A stretch of DNA of 39,079 nucleotides from Nemertoderma westbladi. Taxonomy: Eukaryota > Animalia > Xenacoelomorpha. The notes below the pieces were generated by a model that saw only the letters and a list, made by a program, of their open reading frames with translations, did not search any database and was not told where the DNA came from. The stretch lies in NCBI GenBank assembly GCA_032718475.1, contig JAUCBJ010005351.1:1-39079 (forward strand), given 5' to 3'. The translations under genes and the position numbers were made by a program. Within the stretch, counting starts at the first letter, position 1. Each line of letters starts with the position of its first letter. Positions 1 to 12,129 of this stretch are shown one piece after another.

Positions 1-150
1 TTCCAATCTATCTGGAGGTCGTGGGTTCGATTCCAGCATGTGGCCCAAGGCAGTTTTTGATCGGCACGAATGGTTTGAAGGAGCTAACCAGGGGACATCT
101 ATGCCTTCCGTCCTTAAATGTTAGCTCTAACGGTTGAAGAAAACTTTATT
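1..150 (+). mobile_element. tRNA-derived SINE-like fragment, 5' end outside the window
   Basis: GAGGTCGTGGGTTCGATTCC (16-35) is a tRNA T-arm/Pol III B-box, followed by non-tRNA sequence; the 3' boundary is approximate. Confidence 0.45.
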
Positions 151-274
151 TCTATACTTTTTTGCAAGTGTTGAAAAGTATCTTAAACGAATTGGTAATA
201 ATGTTTAAAAAATATAAATGTTGATAATAATTTAACAAACTAATTGCAACTGTTAATCTAGATATGAACCTTGT

Positions 275-388
275 AATTCCGGTAAAATTCCGGCCGGAAT
301 TGACCCCATTCCGGCAATTCCGGCCGGAACCGGAATCGGGCAAAAACCGCCGGAATTCCGGCCGGAACGGAATTCCGGGACATCCCTA
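275..388. mobile_element. terminus of a hAT-like DNA transposon with subterminal repeats
   Basis: A cluster of CCGGAA/TTCCGG motifs ends in GGGACATCCCTA at 388. The reverse complement TAGGGATG is an Ac/hAT-type TIR start. The partner TIR is not in the window. Confidence 0.6.
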
Positions 389-2519
389 GTAGAAAGCATT
401 CCAAACCACGGTCAAACTGCTAGAAAGCATAGCAAACCGGGGTTTTAAGTGCTAGAAAGCATTCCAAACCAGAGTCTAAGTGCTAGAAAGCATTCCAAAC
501 CACGGTCAAACTGCTAGAAAGCATAGCAAACCGGGGTTTTAAGTGCTAGAAAGCATTCCAAACCAGAGTCTAAGTGCTAGAAAGCATTCCAAACCACGGT
601 CAAAGTGGTAGAAAGCATTCCAAACCACGGTCAAAGTGCTAGAAAGCATTCCAAACCACAGTCAAAGTGCTAGAAAGCATTCCAAACCACGGTCAAAGTG
701 CTAGAAAGCATTCCAAACCAGAGTCTAAGTGCTAGAAAGCATCCCAAACCACAGTCCATGTGCTAGAAAGCATTCCAAACCACGGTCAAAGTGCTAGAAA
801 GCATTCCAAACCACTGTCAAACTGATAGAAAGCATTCCAAACCACGGTCAAACTGATAGAAAGCATTCCAAACCACGGTCAAAGTGCTAGAAAGCATTCC
901 AAACCACAGTCAAAGTGCTAGAAAGCATTCCAAACCAGAGTCTAAGTTCTAGAAAGCATCCCAAACCACGGTCAAACTGCTAGAAAGCATTCCAAACCAC
1001 GGTCAAAGTGCTAGAAAGTATTCCAAACCACGGTCAAAGTGCTAGAAAGCATTCCAAACCACGGTCAAAGTGCTAGAAAGCATTCCAAACCACGGTCAAA
1101 CTGCTAGAAAGCATTCCAAACCACGGTCAAAGTGCTAGAAAGCATTCCAAACCAGAGTCTAAGTGCTAGAAAGCATCCAAACCACGGTCAAAGTGCTAGA
1201 AAGCATTCCAAACCACGGTCAAAGTGCTAGAAAGCATTCCAAACCACGGTCAAAGTGCTAGAAAGCATTCCAAACCACGGTCAAAGAGCTAGAAAGCATT
1301 CCAAACCACGGTCAAAGTGCTAGAAAGCATAGCAAACCAGGGTTTTAAGTGCTAGAAGGCCTAGCAAACCAGAGTCTAAGTGCTAGAAAGCATTCCAAAC
1401 CACGGTCAAAGTGCTAGAAAGCATTCCAAACCACGGTCAAAGTGCTAGAAAGCATTCCAAACCACGGTCAAAGTGCTAGAAAGCATTCCAAACCACGGTC
1501 AAAGTGCTAGAAAGCGTTCCAAACCACGGTCAAAGTGCTAGAAAGCATTCCAAACCACGGTCAAAGTGCTAGAAAGCATTCCAAACCACGGTCAAAGTGC
1601 TAGAAAGCTTTCCAAACCAAGGTCAAAGTGCTAGAAAGCATTCCAAACCACGGTCAAAGTGCTAGAAAGCATTCCAAACCACGGTCAAAGTGCTAGAAAG
1701 CTTTCCAAACCACGGTCAAAGAGCTAGAAAGCATTCCAAACCACGGTCAAAGTGCTAGAAAGCATAGCAAACCAGGGTTTTAAGTGCTAGAAGGCCTAGC
1801 AAACCAGAGTCTAAGTGCTAGAAAGCATTCCAAACCACGGTCAAAGTGCTAGAAAGCATTCCAAACCACGGTCAAAGTGCTAGAAAGCATTCCAAACCAC
1901 GGTCAAAGTGCTAGAAAGCATTCCAAACCACGGTCAAAGTGCTAGAAAGCGTTCCAAACCACGGTCAAAGTGCTAGAAAGCATAGCAAACCAGGGTTTTA
2001 AGTGCTAGAAGGCCTAGCAAACCAGAGTCTAAGTGCTAGAAAGCATTCCAAACCACGGTCAAAGTGCTAGAAAGCATTCCAAACCACGGTCAAAGTGCTA
2101 GAAAGCATTCCAAACCACGGTCAAAGTGCTAGAAAGCTTTCCAAACCACGGTCAAAGTGCTAGAAAGCATTCCAAACCAGAGTCTAAGTGCTAGAAAGCA
2201 TAGCAAACCAGGGTTTTAACTGCTAGAAAGCATTTCAAACCACGGTCAAAGTGCTAGATGGAAAGCATAGCAAACCAGAGTCTAAGTGCTAGAAAGCCTA
2301 GCAAACCACGGTCAAAGTGCTAGAAAGCATTTCAACCCACGGTCAAAGTGCTAGATAGAAAGCATAGCAAACCAGAGTCTAAGTGCTAGAAAGCCTAGCA
2401 AACCACGGTCAAAGTGCTAGAAAGCATTTCAAACCACGGTCAAAGTGCTAGATAGAAAGCATAGCAAACCAGAGTCTAAGTGCTAGAAAGCCTAGCAAAC
2501 CAGGGTTTAAGTGTTAGAT
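389..2519. repeat. 31-bp tandem satellite (GCTAGAAAGCATTCCAAACCACGGTCAAAGT), about 68 units, probably inside a PSMD8 intron
   Basis: Directly visible tandem array with three recurring variants (CACGGTCAAA, CAGAGTCTAA and a 32-bp ATAGCAAACCAGGGTTTTAA type). Confidence 0.98.
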
Positions 2520-2747
2520 TCTTGAAAATTGAAATATTTCCACAACATTTCGGTGCCCCTTTAGTTTCGGCCATTATCGTTGGAACTCAACAAAATATTT
2601 AGATGCCGTTTGTAGATTTGAAATCTCGATAAACTTCACCTTTCTGGATTAATATATTAATTGCTAGTGTAAATTAGTTTGTAGTTACTTACTTAATTAA
2701 TTATGAACAATGACTTTAATTAGTTTTTTTTGCTAATTGTTTCTCAG

Positions 2748-2863
2748 ATTGAGTACGAACAATACCTAATGGAGGGCAATTATCATAAGATTTATCTTGT
2801 TGGAGGGAATATTCCGTCGCCCGCCTACCGGTTCTTTATGAAGTCATTGTTGGATACAGCGAG
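2748..2863 (+). CDS. PSMD8: 26S proteasome non-ATPase regulatory subunit 8 (Rpn12), penultimate exon
   Basis: Acceptor ttgtttctcag and donor AG|gtgagt. Translates IEYEQYLMEGNYHKIYLVGGNIPSPAYRFFMKSLLDTAR, matching the Rpn12 motif EQYLMEGxYxK...LLDTxR. Confidence 0.93.
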
Positions 2864-3194
2864 GTGAGTCTCAATAACGAGAATAACTAGTATTTTCTTA
2901 GTAAATACTAAATAGCTAACATGTACTTATAATATTTTCAAAAAATTGTTGACAAAACTTGATGCGAATTTTGCGACTTTAGCGCAGCCAATATATTACA
3001 TTAAACGAATTTGCGCCATTTGCGAAATTCGCGAATTTTCCGTCAGTTTCTCTGCAGTAATTAACGCCAGGAACGGTTCATCTCACAATAATTGATAACA
3101 ATTTTTGAATCTTATATTTTCCTTGATTAGTTAAAAATTTTACGGAGTCTGAATATGACGCTGTATTACGGTGTAGAGTTGAATACCGGTATTT

Positions 3195-3530
3195 TATTCC
3201 ATTATAATGATCTTCATATTGCTATTCAATATCCCCAATAAGATAAGTCCAAACAATTGATTCCCTTGTATCCAAAATTGCGAGTACGATAAATTGAAAC
3301 TAAATATTTCTATGTCCACAACGTCAAATACTTTGCGGAAGTCCACAAATGCAGTGTATTCTGGTGCCTGAACAGTATCTCCCAGGATCAGTTGTAGGAA
3401 ACCGCACCCACACTGGACAACCCTACGAGTCATTCCATCAACTCTCCTGTGGCCATCTTTGTCAATTTTGTCATGGTAGCGCAGAATATAGGTACCCCGT
3501 TATCGTCGTTATCCACTGTACTACTACTAA
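3195..3530 (-). mobile_element. degenerate non-LTR retrotransposon reverse transcriptase fragment (intronic)
   Basis: The minus-strand ORF contains AFVDFRKVFDVVD, resembling the LINE RT motif FvDfxKAFDxV; it is preceded by QCG..GF and the flanking frames are broken. Confidence 0.6.
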
Positions 3531-4013
3531 TGCTCAACTCTTTCTATAGTAGGCTGCAGTCCATTCCGTCTAACTCAAATTGAATTATTTTATATGATTT
3601 TACATTTTAATCTTATTAGTATTTAATATAAGTGCAACACTATTATAATAAAAAAGAGCATCGGAATTTCATATCTTTAAAAAAATAATATATATAACTA
3701 TTTCAAAATGCCTTTTTATTTAATTAATTTTTTTTCATTTGAATTGTTGATTTAATAATACCTAGAATAGCTAATATATAAGACAATAATAACAATAAAA
3801 TATTTTCGGACATTATTAACTGTATTAAGATAATATGTTGTTTGTGTCTTAAAATTGCTTTTGTATTTTGACAGGGTATTGTGAAACCTGCTTAACATTA
3901 TTATATACCTACAATATTTTTACACCGATTTATATTGCGCATATCATTGTTGCACTGTTTACCGGCTTCTTATAATTCTTCGTTATTGTATCATTCCGTT
4001 GCTATGGTTACAG

Positions 4014-4275
4014 GGAGGCCTCGGCGTCCTGTATCGAGGCTTCGTTTAACAACATCTCGGTAGAGGACGCTCGTCGTATGATGTTCTTTAAGAACGAGCC
4101 CCAGTCCCTGGCCGACCTGCAGACTTACACCGCCCGTCGGGGCTGGACTCTCAACCTGGGTGTCTACACGTTCCACAACGAGACAGACGCCACCTCGCGG
4201 CACAGTGCGGTACCGGTGCTTCAACTCCTCACCAATATTGTGGGTTACGCGAGGGAGATGGAACAAATTATTTAG
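4014..4275 (+). CDS. PSMD8: 26S proteasome non-ATPase regulatory subunit 8 (Rpn12), terminal exon
   Basis: Acceptor gttacag at 4013 is phase-compatible with the previous exon (AG+G = Arg). Reads EASASCIEASFNNISVEDARRMMFF...RRGW...IVGYAREMEQII*, the characteristic Rpn12 C-terminus (YARxLExIV type). Confidence 0.94.
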
Positions 4276-6490
4276 CAGCTCGGGGCAATAACATTCTAGA
4301 ACTGGTAGCTATGCAGTCTCTCTCACTAAGTCTATTTAACTATCGGTTTTATAAATCATTTTGTGCGGTGTTATTGCTTTCATTATTTTTCAATATTTTT
4401 CCGTAACTAACTTCTATTAAATAATATCAAATACATATGTTTTCTTACTCCAGTTAAGATAGTGTTGATAGTAGAATATCAGTCCCCCAAACTTTTATTT
4501 AAATGGCTAACTCATCAGTTTTACACCCTGCTATGTAGTTATATACAATATAATGGGGTTTTTCAGAATAAGATTTGAGCAGCTATCAGTATCGGTACCG
4601 GTACAGCAGTACACTGTAAACCATCTTTCCTGCATCAACACTATTTATTTCTACTACTATCAATCACCCTTGCGAGAATAGCGTATCACGTTCAAAATCA
4701 GGTGAGGCTCCGATGGCCTAATACCAATCTTTTCATTTTCAACTTGCGGCTAATTAATTTTGTTACTACAGACGTACTTCTTTCAAGCCCATCCAGTAAT
4801 TATTATTAACCAATATTATTATTGTTCTACTTACCTAAAGGAGGTTTTACTTACCTAGAGGAAGTTCTACTTACCTAGAGGAGGTTCTACTTACCTAGAG
4901 GAAGTTTTACTTACCTAGAGGAAGTTCTACTTACCTAGAGGAGGTTCTACTTACCTAGAGGAGGTTCTACTTACCTAGAGGAGGTTCTACTTACCTAGAG
5001 TAAGTTCTACTTACCTAGAGGAGGTTCTACTTACCTAGAGGAAGTTTTACTTACCTAGAGGAAGTTCTACTTACCTAGAGGAGGTTCTACTTACCTAGAG
5101 GAGGTTCTACTTACCTAGAGGAGGTTCTACTTACCTAGAGGAGGTTCTACTTACCTAGAGGAGGTTCTACTTACCTAGAGGAGGTTCTACTTACCTAGAG
5201 GAAGTTCTACTTACCTAGAGGAGGTTTTACTTACCTAGAGGAAGTTCTACTTACCTAGAGGAGGTTCTACTTACCTAGAGGAGGTTCTACTTACCTAGAG
5301 GAGGTTCTACTTACCTAGAGGAGGTTCTACTTACCTAGAGGAAGTTTTACTTACCTAGAGGAGGTTCTACTTACCTAGAGGAGGTTCTACTTACCTAGAG
5401 GAGGTTCTACTTACCTAGAGGAAGTTTTACTTACCTAGAGGAAGTTCTACTTACCTAGAGGAGGTTCTACTTACCTAGAGGAGGTTCTACTTACCTAGAG
5501 GAAGTTCTACTTACCTAGAGGAGGTTCTACTTACCTAGAGGAGGTTCTACTTACCTAGAGGAGGTTCTACTTACCTAGAGGAGGTTCTACTTACCTAGAG
5601 GAAGTTTTACTTACCTAGAGGAAGTTCTACTTACCTAGAGGAGGTTTTACTTACCTAGAGGAAGTTCTACTTACCTAGAGGAGGTTCTACTTACCTAGAG
5701 GAGGTTCTACTTACCTAGAGGAGGTTCTACTTACCTAGAGGAGGTTCTACTTACCTAGAGGAAGTTTTACTTACCTAGAGGAAGTTCTACTTACCTAGAG
5801 GAGGTTCTACTTACCTAGAGGAGGTTCTACTTACCTAGAGGAGGTTCTACTTACCTAGAGGAGGTTCTACTTACCTAGAGGAAGTTTTACTTACCTAGAG
5901 GAGGTTCTACTTACCTAGAGGAGGTTCTACTTACCTAGAGGAGGTTCTACTTACCTAGAGGAGGTTCTACTTACCTAGAGGAAGTTTTACTTACCTAGAG
6001 GAAGTTCTACTTACCTAGAGGAGGTTCTACTTACCTAAAGGAGGTTTTACTTACCTAGAGGAAGTTCTACTTTCCTAGAGGAGGTTTTACTTACCTAGAG
6101 GAAGTTCTACTTACCTAGAGGAGGTTCTACTTACCTAGAGGAGGTTCTACTTACCTAGAGGAGGTTCTACTTACCTAGAGGAGGTTCTACTTACCTAGAG
6201 GAGGTTCTACTTACCTAGAGGAAGTTTTACTTACCTAGAGGAAGTTCTACTTACCTAGAGGAGGTTCTACTTACCTAAAGGAGGTTTTACTTACCTAGAG
6301 GAAGTTCTACTTACCTAGAGGAGGTTCTACTTACCTAGAGGAAGTTTTACTTACCTAGAGGAAGTTCTACTTACCTAGAGGAGGTTGTACTTACCTAGAG
6401 GAAGTTCTACTTACCTAGAGGAGGTTCTACTTACCTAGAGGAGGTTCTACTTACCTAGAGGAGGTTCTACTTACCTAGAGGAGGTTTTAC

Positions 6491-6666
6491 TAGCCCTGCT
6501 ATTAGCTAGCCTCCGTGTCCTTACATCGTTCCCTGACACCCCTCCAACTTTTTTCTTAACTATTTACAATATATATCCACATTTTATGGTATTTGGGTGC
6601 GTGCAATACAATGAATTTCATACATCAAGAAGGATTAAATTTATATTGAATTGAATTGAATTGAAT
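6491..6666 (+). mobile_element. 5'-truncated non-LTR retroelement 3' end with (ATTGA)n tail, inserted in the satellite
   Basis: 176 bp of unique sequence ending in ATTGAATTGAATTGAATTGAAT; short-repeat tails are typical of CR1/L2-group LINEs and their SINEs; the satellite resumes immediately. Confidence 0.65.
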
Positions 6667-7474
6667 CTACTTACCTAGAGGAGGTTCTACTTACCTAGAG
6701 GAAGTTCTACTTACCTAGAGGAGGTTCTACTTACCTAGAGGAGGTTCTACTTACCTAGAGGAGATTCTACTTACCTAGAGGAAGTTCTACTTACCTAGAG
6801 GAGGTTCTACTTACCTAGAGGAGGATCTACTTACCTAGAGGAGGTTTTACTTACCTAGAGGAAGTTCTACTTACCTAGAGGAGGTTCTACTTACCTAGAG
6901 GAGGTTCTACTTACCTAGAGGAGGTTCTACTTACCTAGAGGAGATTCTACTTACCTAGAGGAAGTTCTACTTACCTAGAGGAGGTTCTACTTACCTAGAG
7001 GAGGTTCTACTTACCTAGAGGAGGTTCTACTTACCTAGAGGAGGTTCTACTTACCTAGAGGAAGTTCTACTTACCTAGAGGAGGTTATACTTACCTAGAG
7101 GAGGTTCTACTTACCTAGAGGAGGTTCTACTTACCTAGAGGAGGTTCTACTTACCTAGAGGAGATTTTACTTACCTAGAGGAAGTTCTACTTACCTAGAG
7201 GAGGTTCTACTTACCTAGAGGAGGTTCTACTTACCTAGAGGAGGTTCTACTTACCTAGACGAGATTCTACTTACCTAGAGGAAGTTCTACTTACCTAGAG
7301 GAGGTTCTACTTACCTAGAGGAGGTTCTACTTACCTAGAGGAGGTTCTACTTACCTAGAGGAGGTTCTACTTACCTAGAGGAGGTTCTACTTACCTAGAG
7401 GATATTCTACTTACCTAGAGGAAGTTCTACTTACCTAGAGGAGGTTCTACTTACCTAGAGGAGGTTCTACTTAC

Positions 7475-8833
7475 TAGTGTTGAGAACTGTAACTGTAATT
7501 ATACTGTAACTGCAACTGTAACTGAATGGTTTTGATTATTTTTTTGATACTGTAACTATAACTGTAACTGTAATTGCGAACTTTGAATACTGTAACTGTA
7601 ACTGAAACTGTAATTACGAATTTTGAATACTGTAACTGTAACTGAAACTGAAATTAACAAAATCCGATTCAGTTCTCAATCACACAATTAACATGAATAA
7701 GCATTTAAAACAGCATTGTAATAACGTATAGAGTATAGTTTAATAAATGAATAACAGTGGTTACCATAGGTATCATTTTTAAAACATTGTTATAAAAAAA
7801 AACCAAAACAATCTCGTTTTTTCCACTTCTGAACAAAACCATAATATTACACAATATAAAATCAAAGACCCATTGCCCACTTAGCTCAAATGTGATTTAT
7901 TTGGCGAATCAAGTAGTGGACGAAGATCTACAGTAGCATATAGTCTATGTTTATCTGTCTCAACTATTAGACTATTATCAGACCTTATCACCACTTTTGC
8001 TTCATATTAAATGTAAATGTTTTAGATAAACAAAGAAAAGTTAGGCCTAATGGTAGAGGGATATTAACGGATATATATTTTACATTATTAATTATTAATG
8101 TTTTTACCGGTACTATTAATATCACAATCACACTAGAGGCACACTGGAAATTAAATTTTGATCAAGTTTACCATTATAAATTACAAAATTAAACTTAAAA
8201 GTGAAAAGAGCAGCTTATCGAGGTGGGTCTAACCAAAACAATAAATATATGATTACTAAAACAAATTACGAATTAAGGAAAATGAGCAGGATTCAGAAGC
8301 ATGGCTTTATAACCAAAACAATAAATGATAACAATAAGTGTACAAGCACTGAAACAAGATGTACAGTAAAATGTGGGTGCCTTTAGTGTGATCTTGTGAC
8401 GTGCCACTTTCATTACATACTATCAGTATATTAGTTACAAAGTATTACCATAGAGTGGGTCCAACTTTCCTACAACAACTACCTATTAGCTCTACAAAGA
8501 GGACGTTTCGTAATGAACATTATTATTAGCGTATATAACAGTAATATATTAAAGTGCCTCATTTTTAGTTTCAGATGACTGCTTACTACATGAGATCATA
8601 TATATTGAATCTATAACTGAAACTGTAACTGAAACTGAAATGCTCAATTTTGTAATACTGAAACTGTAACTGTAACTGAAATGTTACACTTTGTAATACT
8701 GAAACTGTAACTGTAACTGAAATACAAAACTTTGAATACTGAAACTGTAACTGTAACTGAAATGCAAAACTTTGAATACTGAAACTGTAACTGTAACTGA
8801 AATTAGTCAAAATTGATTCAGTTCTCAACACTA
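7475..8833. mobile_element. non-autonomous hAT-type DNA transposon (1359 bp)
   Basis: Perfect 15-bp TIRs (TAGTGTTGAGAACTG ... CAGTTCTCAACACTA), 8-bp TSD CTACTTAC (7467-7474 and 8834-8841), ACTGTA/ACTGAA subterminal arrays, no transposase ORF. Confidence 0.93.
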
Positions 8834-11800
8834 CTACTTACCTAGAGGTGGTTTTACTTACCTAGAGGAGGTTCTACTTACCTAGAGGAGGTTCTACTTA
8901 CCTAAAGGAGGTTCTACTTACCTAGAGGAGGTTCTACTTACCTAGAGGAGGTTCTACTTACCTAGAGGAGGTTCTACTTACCTAGAGGAGGTTCTACTTA
9001 CCTAGAGGAGGTTCTACTTACCTAGAGGAGGTTCTACTTACCTAAAGGAGGTTCTACTTACCTAGAGGAGGTTCTACTTACCTAGAGGAGGTTCTACTTA
9101 CCTAGAGGAGGTTCTACTTACCTAAAGGAGGTTCTACTTACCTAGAGGAAGTTCTACTTACCTAGAGGAGGTTCTACTTACCTAGAGGAGGTTCTACTTA
9201 CCTAGAGGAAGTTCTACTTACCTAGAGGAGGTTTTACTTACCTAGAGGAGGTTCTACTTACCTAGAGGAGGTTCTACTTACCTAGAGGAGGTTCTACTTA
9301 CCTAGAGGAAGTTCTACTTACCTAGAGGAGGTTCTACTTACCTAGAGGAGGTTCTACTTACCTAGAGGAGGTTCTACTTACCTAGAGGAGGTTCTACTTA
9401 CCTAGAGGAGGTTCTACTTACCTAAAGGAGGTTCTACTTACCTAGAGGAGGTTCTACTTACCTAGAGGAGGTTCTACTTACCTAAAGGAGGTTCTACTTA
9501 CCTAGAGGAGGTTTTACTTACCTAGAGGAATTTCTACTTACCTAGAGGAGGTTCTACTTACCTAGAGGAGGTTCTACTTACCTAGAGGAGGTTCTACTTA
9601 CCTAGAGGAGGTTCTACTTACCTAAAGGAGGTTCTACTTACCTAGAGGAGGTTTTACTTACCTAGAGGAATTTCTACTTACCTAGAGGAGGTTCTACTTA
9701 ACTAGAGGATGTTCTACTTACCTAGAGGAGGTTCTACTTACCTAAAGGAGGTTCTACTTACCTAGAGGAGGTTCTACTTACCTAGAGGAGGTTCTACTTA
9801 CCTAGAGGAGGTTCTACTTACCTAGAGGAGGTTTTACTCACCTAGAGGAAGTTCTACTTACCTAGAGGAGGTTCTACTTACCTAGAGGAGGTTCTACTTA
9901 CCTAGAGGAGGTTCTACTTACCTAGAGGAGGTTCTACTTACCTAGAGGAGGTTCTACTTACCTAGAGGAGGTTCTACTTACCTAGAGGAGGTTCTACTTA
10001 CCTAAAGGAGGTTCTACTTACCTAGAGGAGGTTCTACTTACCTAGAGGAGGTTCTACTTACCTAGAGGAGGTTCTACTTACCTAGAGGAGGTTCTAATTA
10101 CCTAGAGGAGGTTCTACTTACCAAGAGGAGGTTCTACTTACCTAGAGGAGATTCTACTTACCTAAAGGAGGTTCTACTTACCTAGAGGAGGTTTTACTTA
10201 CCTAGAGGAGGTTCTACTTACCTAGAGGAGGTTCTACTTACCTAGAGGAGGTTCTACTTACCTAGAGGAGGTTCTACTTACCTAGAGGAGGTTCTACTTA
10301 CCTAAAGGAGGTTCTACTTACCTAGAGGAGGTTCTACTTACCTAGAGGAGGTTCTACTTACCTAGAGGAGGTTCTACTTACCTAAAGGAGGTTCTACTTA
10401 CCTAGAGGAAGTTCTACTTACCTAGAGGAGGTTCTACTTACCTAGAGGAGGTTCTACTTACCTAGAGGAAGTTCTACTTACCTAGAGGAGGTTTTACTTA
10501 CCTAGAGGAGGTTCTACTTACCTAGAGGAGGTTCTACTTACCTAGAGGAGGTTCTACTTACCTAGAGGAAGTTCTACTTACCTAGAGGAGGTTCTACTTA
10601 CCTAGAGGAGGTTCTACTTACCTAGAGGAGGTTCTACTTACCTAGAGGAGGTTCTACTTACCTAGAGGAGGTTCTACTTACCTAAAGGAGGTTCTACTTA
10701 CCTAGAGGAGGTTCTACTTACCTAGAGGAGGTTCTACTTACCTAAAGGAGGTTCTACTTACCTAGAGGAGGTTCTACTTACCTAGAGGAGGTTCTACTTA
10801 CCTAGAGGAGGTTCTACTTACCAAGAGGAAGTTCTACTTACCTAGAGGAGGTTTTACTTACCTAGAGGAGGTTCTACTTACCTAGAGGAGGTTCTACTTA
10901 CCTAGAGGAGGTTCTACTTACCTAGAGGAGGTTCTACTTACCTAAAGGAGGTTCTACTTACCTAGAGGAGGTTCTACTTACCTAGAGGAGGTTCTACTTA
11001 CCTAAAGGAGGTTCTACTTACCTAGAGGAGGTTTTACTTACCTAGAGGAATTTCTACTTACCTAGAGGAGGTTCTACTTACCTAGAGGAGGTTCTACTTA
11101 CCTAGAGGAGGTTCTACTTACCTAGAGGAGGTTCTACTTACCTAAAGGAGGTTCTACTTACCTAGAGGAGATTTTACTTACCTAGAGGAATTTCTACTTA
11201 CCTAGAGGAGGTTCTACTTAACTAGAGGAGGTTCTACTTACCTAGAGGAGGTTCTACTTACCTAAAGGAGGTTCTACTTACCTAGAGGAGGTTCTACTTA
11301 CCTAGAGGAGGTTCTACTTACCTAGAGGAGGTTCTACTTACCTAGAGGAGGTTCTACTTACCTAGAGGAGGTTTTACTTACCTAGAGGAAGTTCTACTTA
11401 CCTAGAGGAGGTTCTACTTACCTAGAGGAGGTTCTACTTACCTAGAGGAGGTTCTACTTACCTAGAGGAGGTTCTACTTACCTAGAGGAGGTTCTACTTA
11501 CCTAGAGGAGGTTCTACTTACCTAAAGGAGGTTCTACTTACCTAGAGGAGGTTCTACTTACCTAGAGGAGGTTCTACTTACCTAAAGGAGGTTCTACTTA
11601 CCTAGAGGAGGTTTTACTTACCTAGAGGAATTTCTACTTACCTAGAGGAGGTTCTACTTACCTAGAGGAGGTTCTACTTACCTAGAGGAGGTTCTACTTA
11701 CCTAGAGGAGGTTCTACTTACCTAAAGGAGGTTCTACTTACCTAGAGGAGGTTCTACTTACCTAGAGGAGGTTCTACTTACCTAGAGGAGGTTCTACTTA

Positions 11801-12129
11801 CCTAGAGGAGGTTCTAATTACCTAGAGGAGGTTCTACTTACCAAGAGGAGGTTCTACTTACCTAGAGGAGATTCTACTTACCTAAAGGAGGTTCTACTTA
11901 CCTAGAGGAGGTTTTACTTACCTAGAGGAGGTTCTACTTACCTAGAGGAGGTTCTACTTACCTAGAGGAGGTTCTACTTACCTAGAGGAGGTTCTACTTA
12001 CCAACATGATGTTCTACTTACCTAGAGGAGGTTCTACTTACCTAGAGGAGGTTCTACTTAACTGGAGGAGGTTCTACTTACCAAGAGGAGATTCTACTTA
12101 CCTAAAGGAGGTTATACTTACCTAGGGAC

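Larger units (their letters stand above)
4824..12125. repeat. 20-bp tandem satellite (CTACTTACCTAGAGGAGGTT), roughly 290 units, interrupted twice
   Basis: Directly visible, highly homogeneous array with insertions at 6491-6666 and 7475-8833. Confidence 0.99.

Noticed and set aside
1-60. Functional tRNA gene
   Set aside because: Only a T-arm/B-box is visible, with no demonstrable acceptor stem; it fits a SINE head better.
6491-6670. The insertion keeps the 20-bp register (net 180 bp)
   Set aside because: A one-in-twenty coincidence; the second insertion shifts the register.
8201-8831. ORFs within the hAT element, and similar short ORFs in the duplicated and foldback repeats
   Set aside because: Short or low-complexity translations of repeat DNA; no transposase motifs.
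389-12125. Tandem arrays as CRISPR arrays
   Set aside because: Units are head-to-tail with no unique spacers, there are no cas genes, and the context is eukaryotic.
4824-12125. GAGGAGG as Shine-Dalgarno-like sites
   Set aside because: Eukaryotic satellite with no downstream start codons; coincidental.
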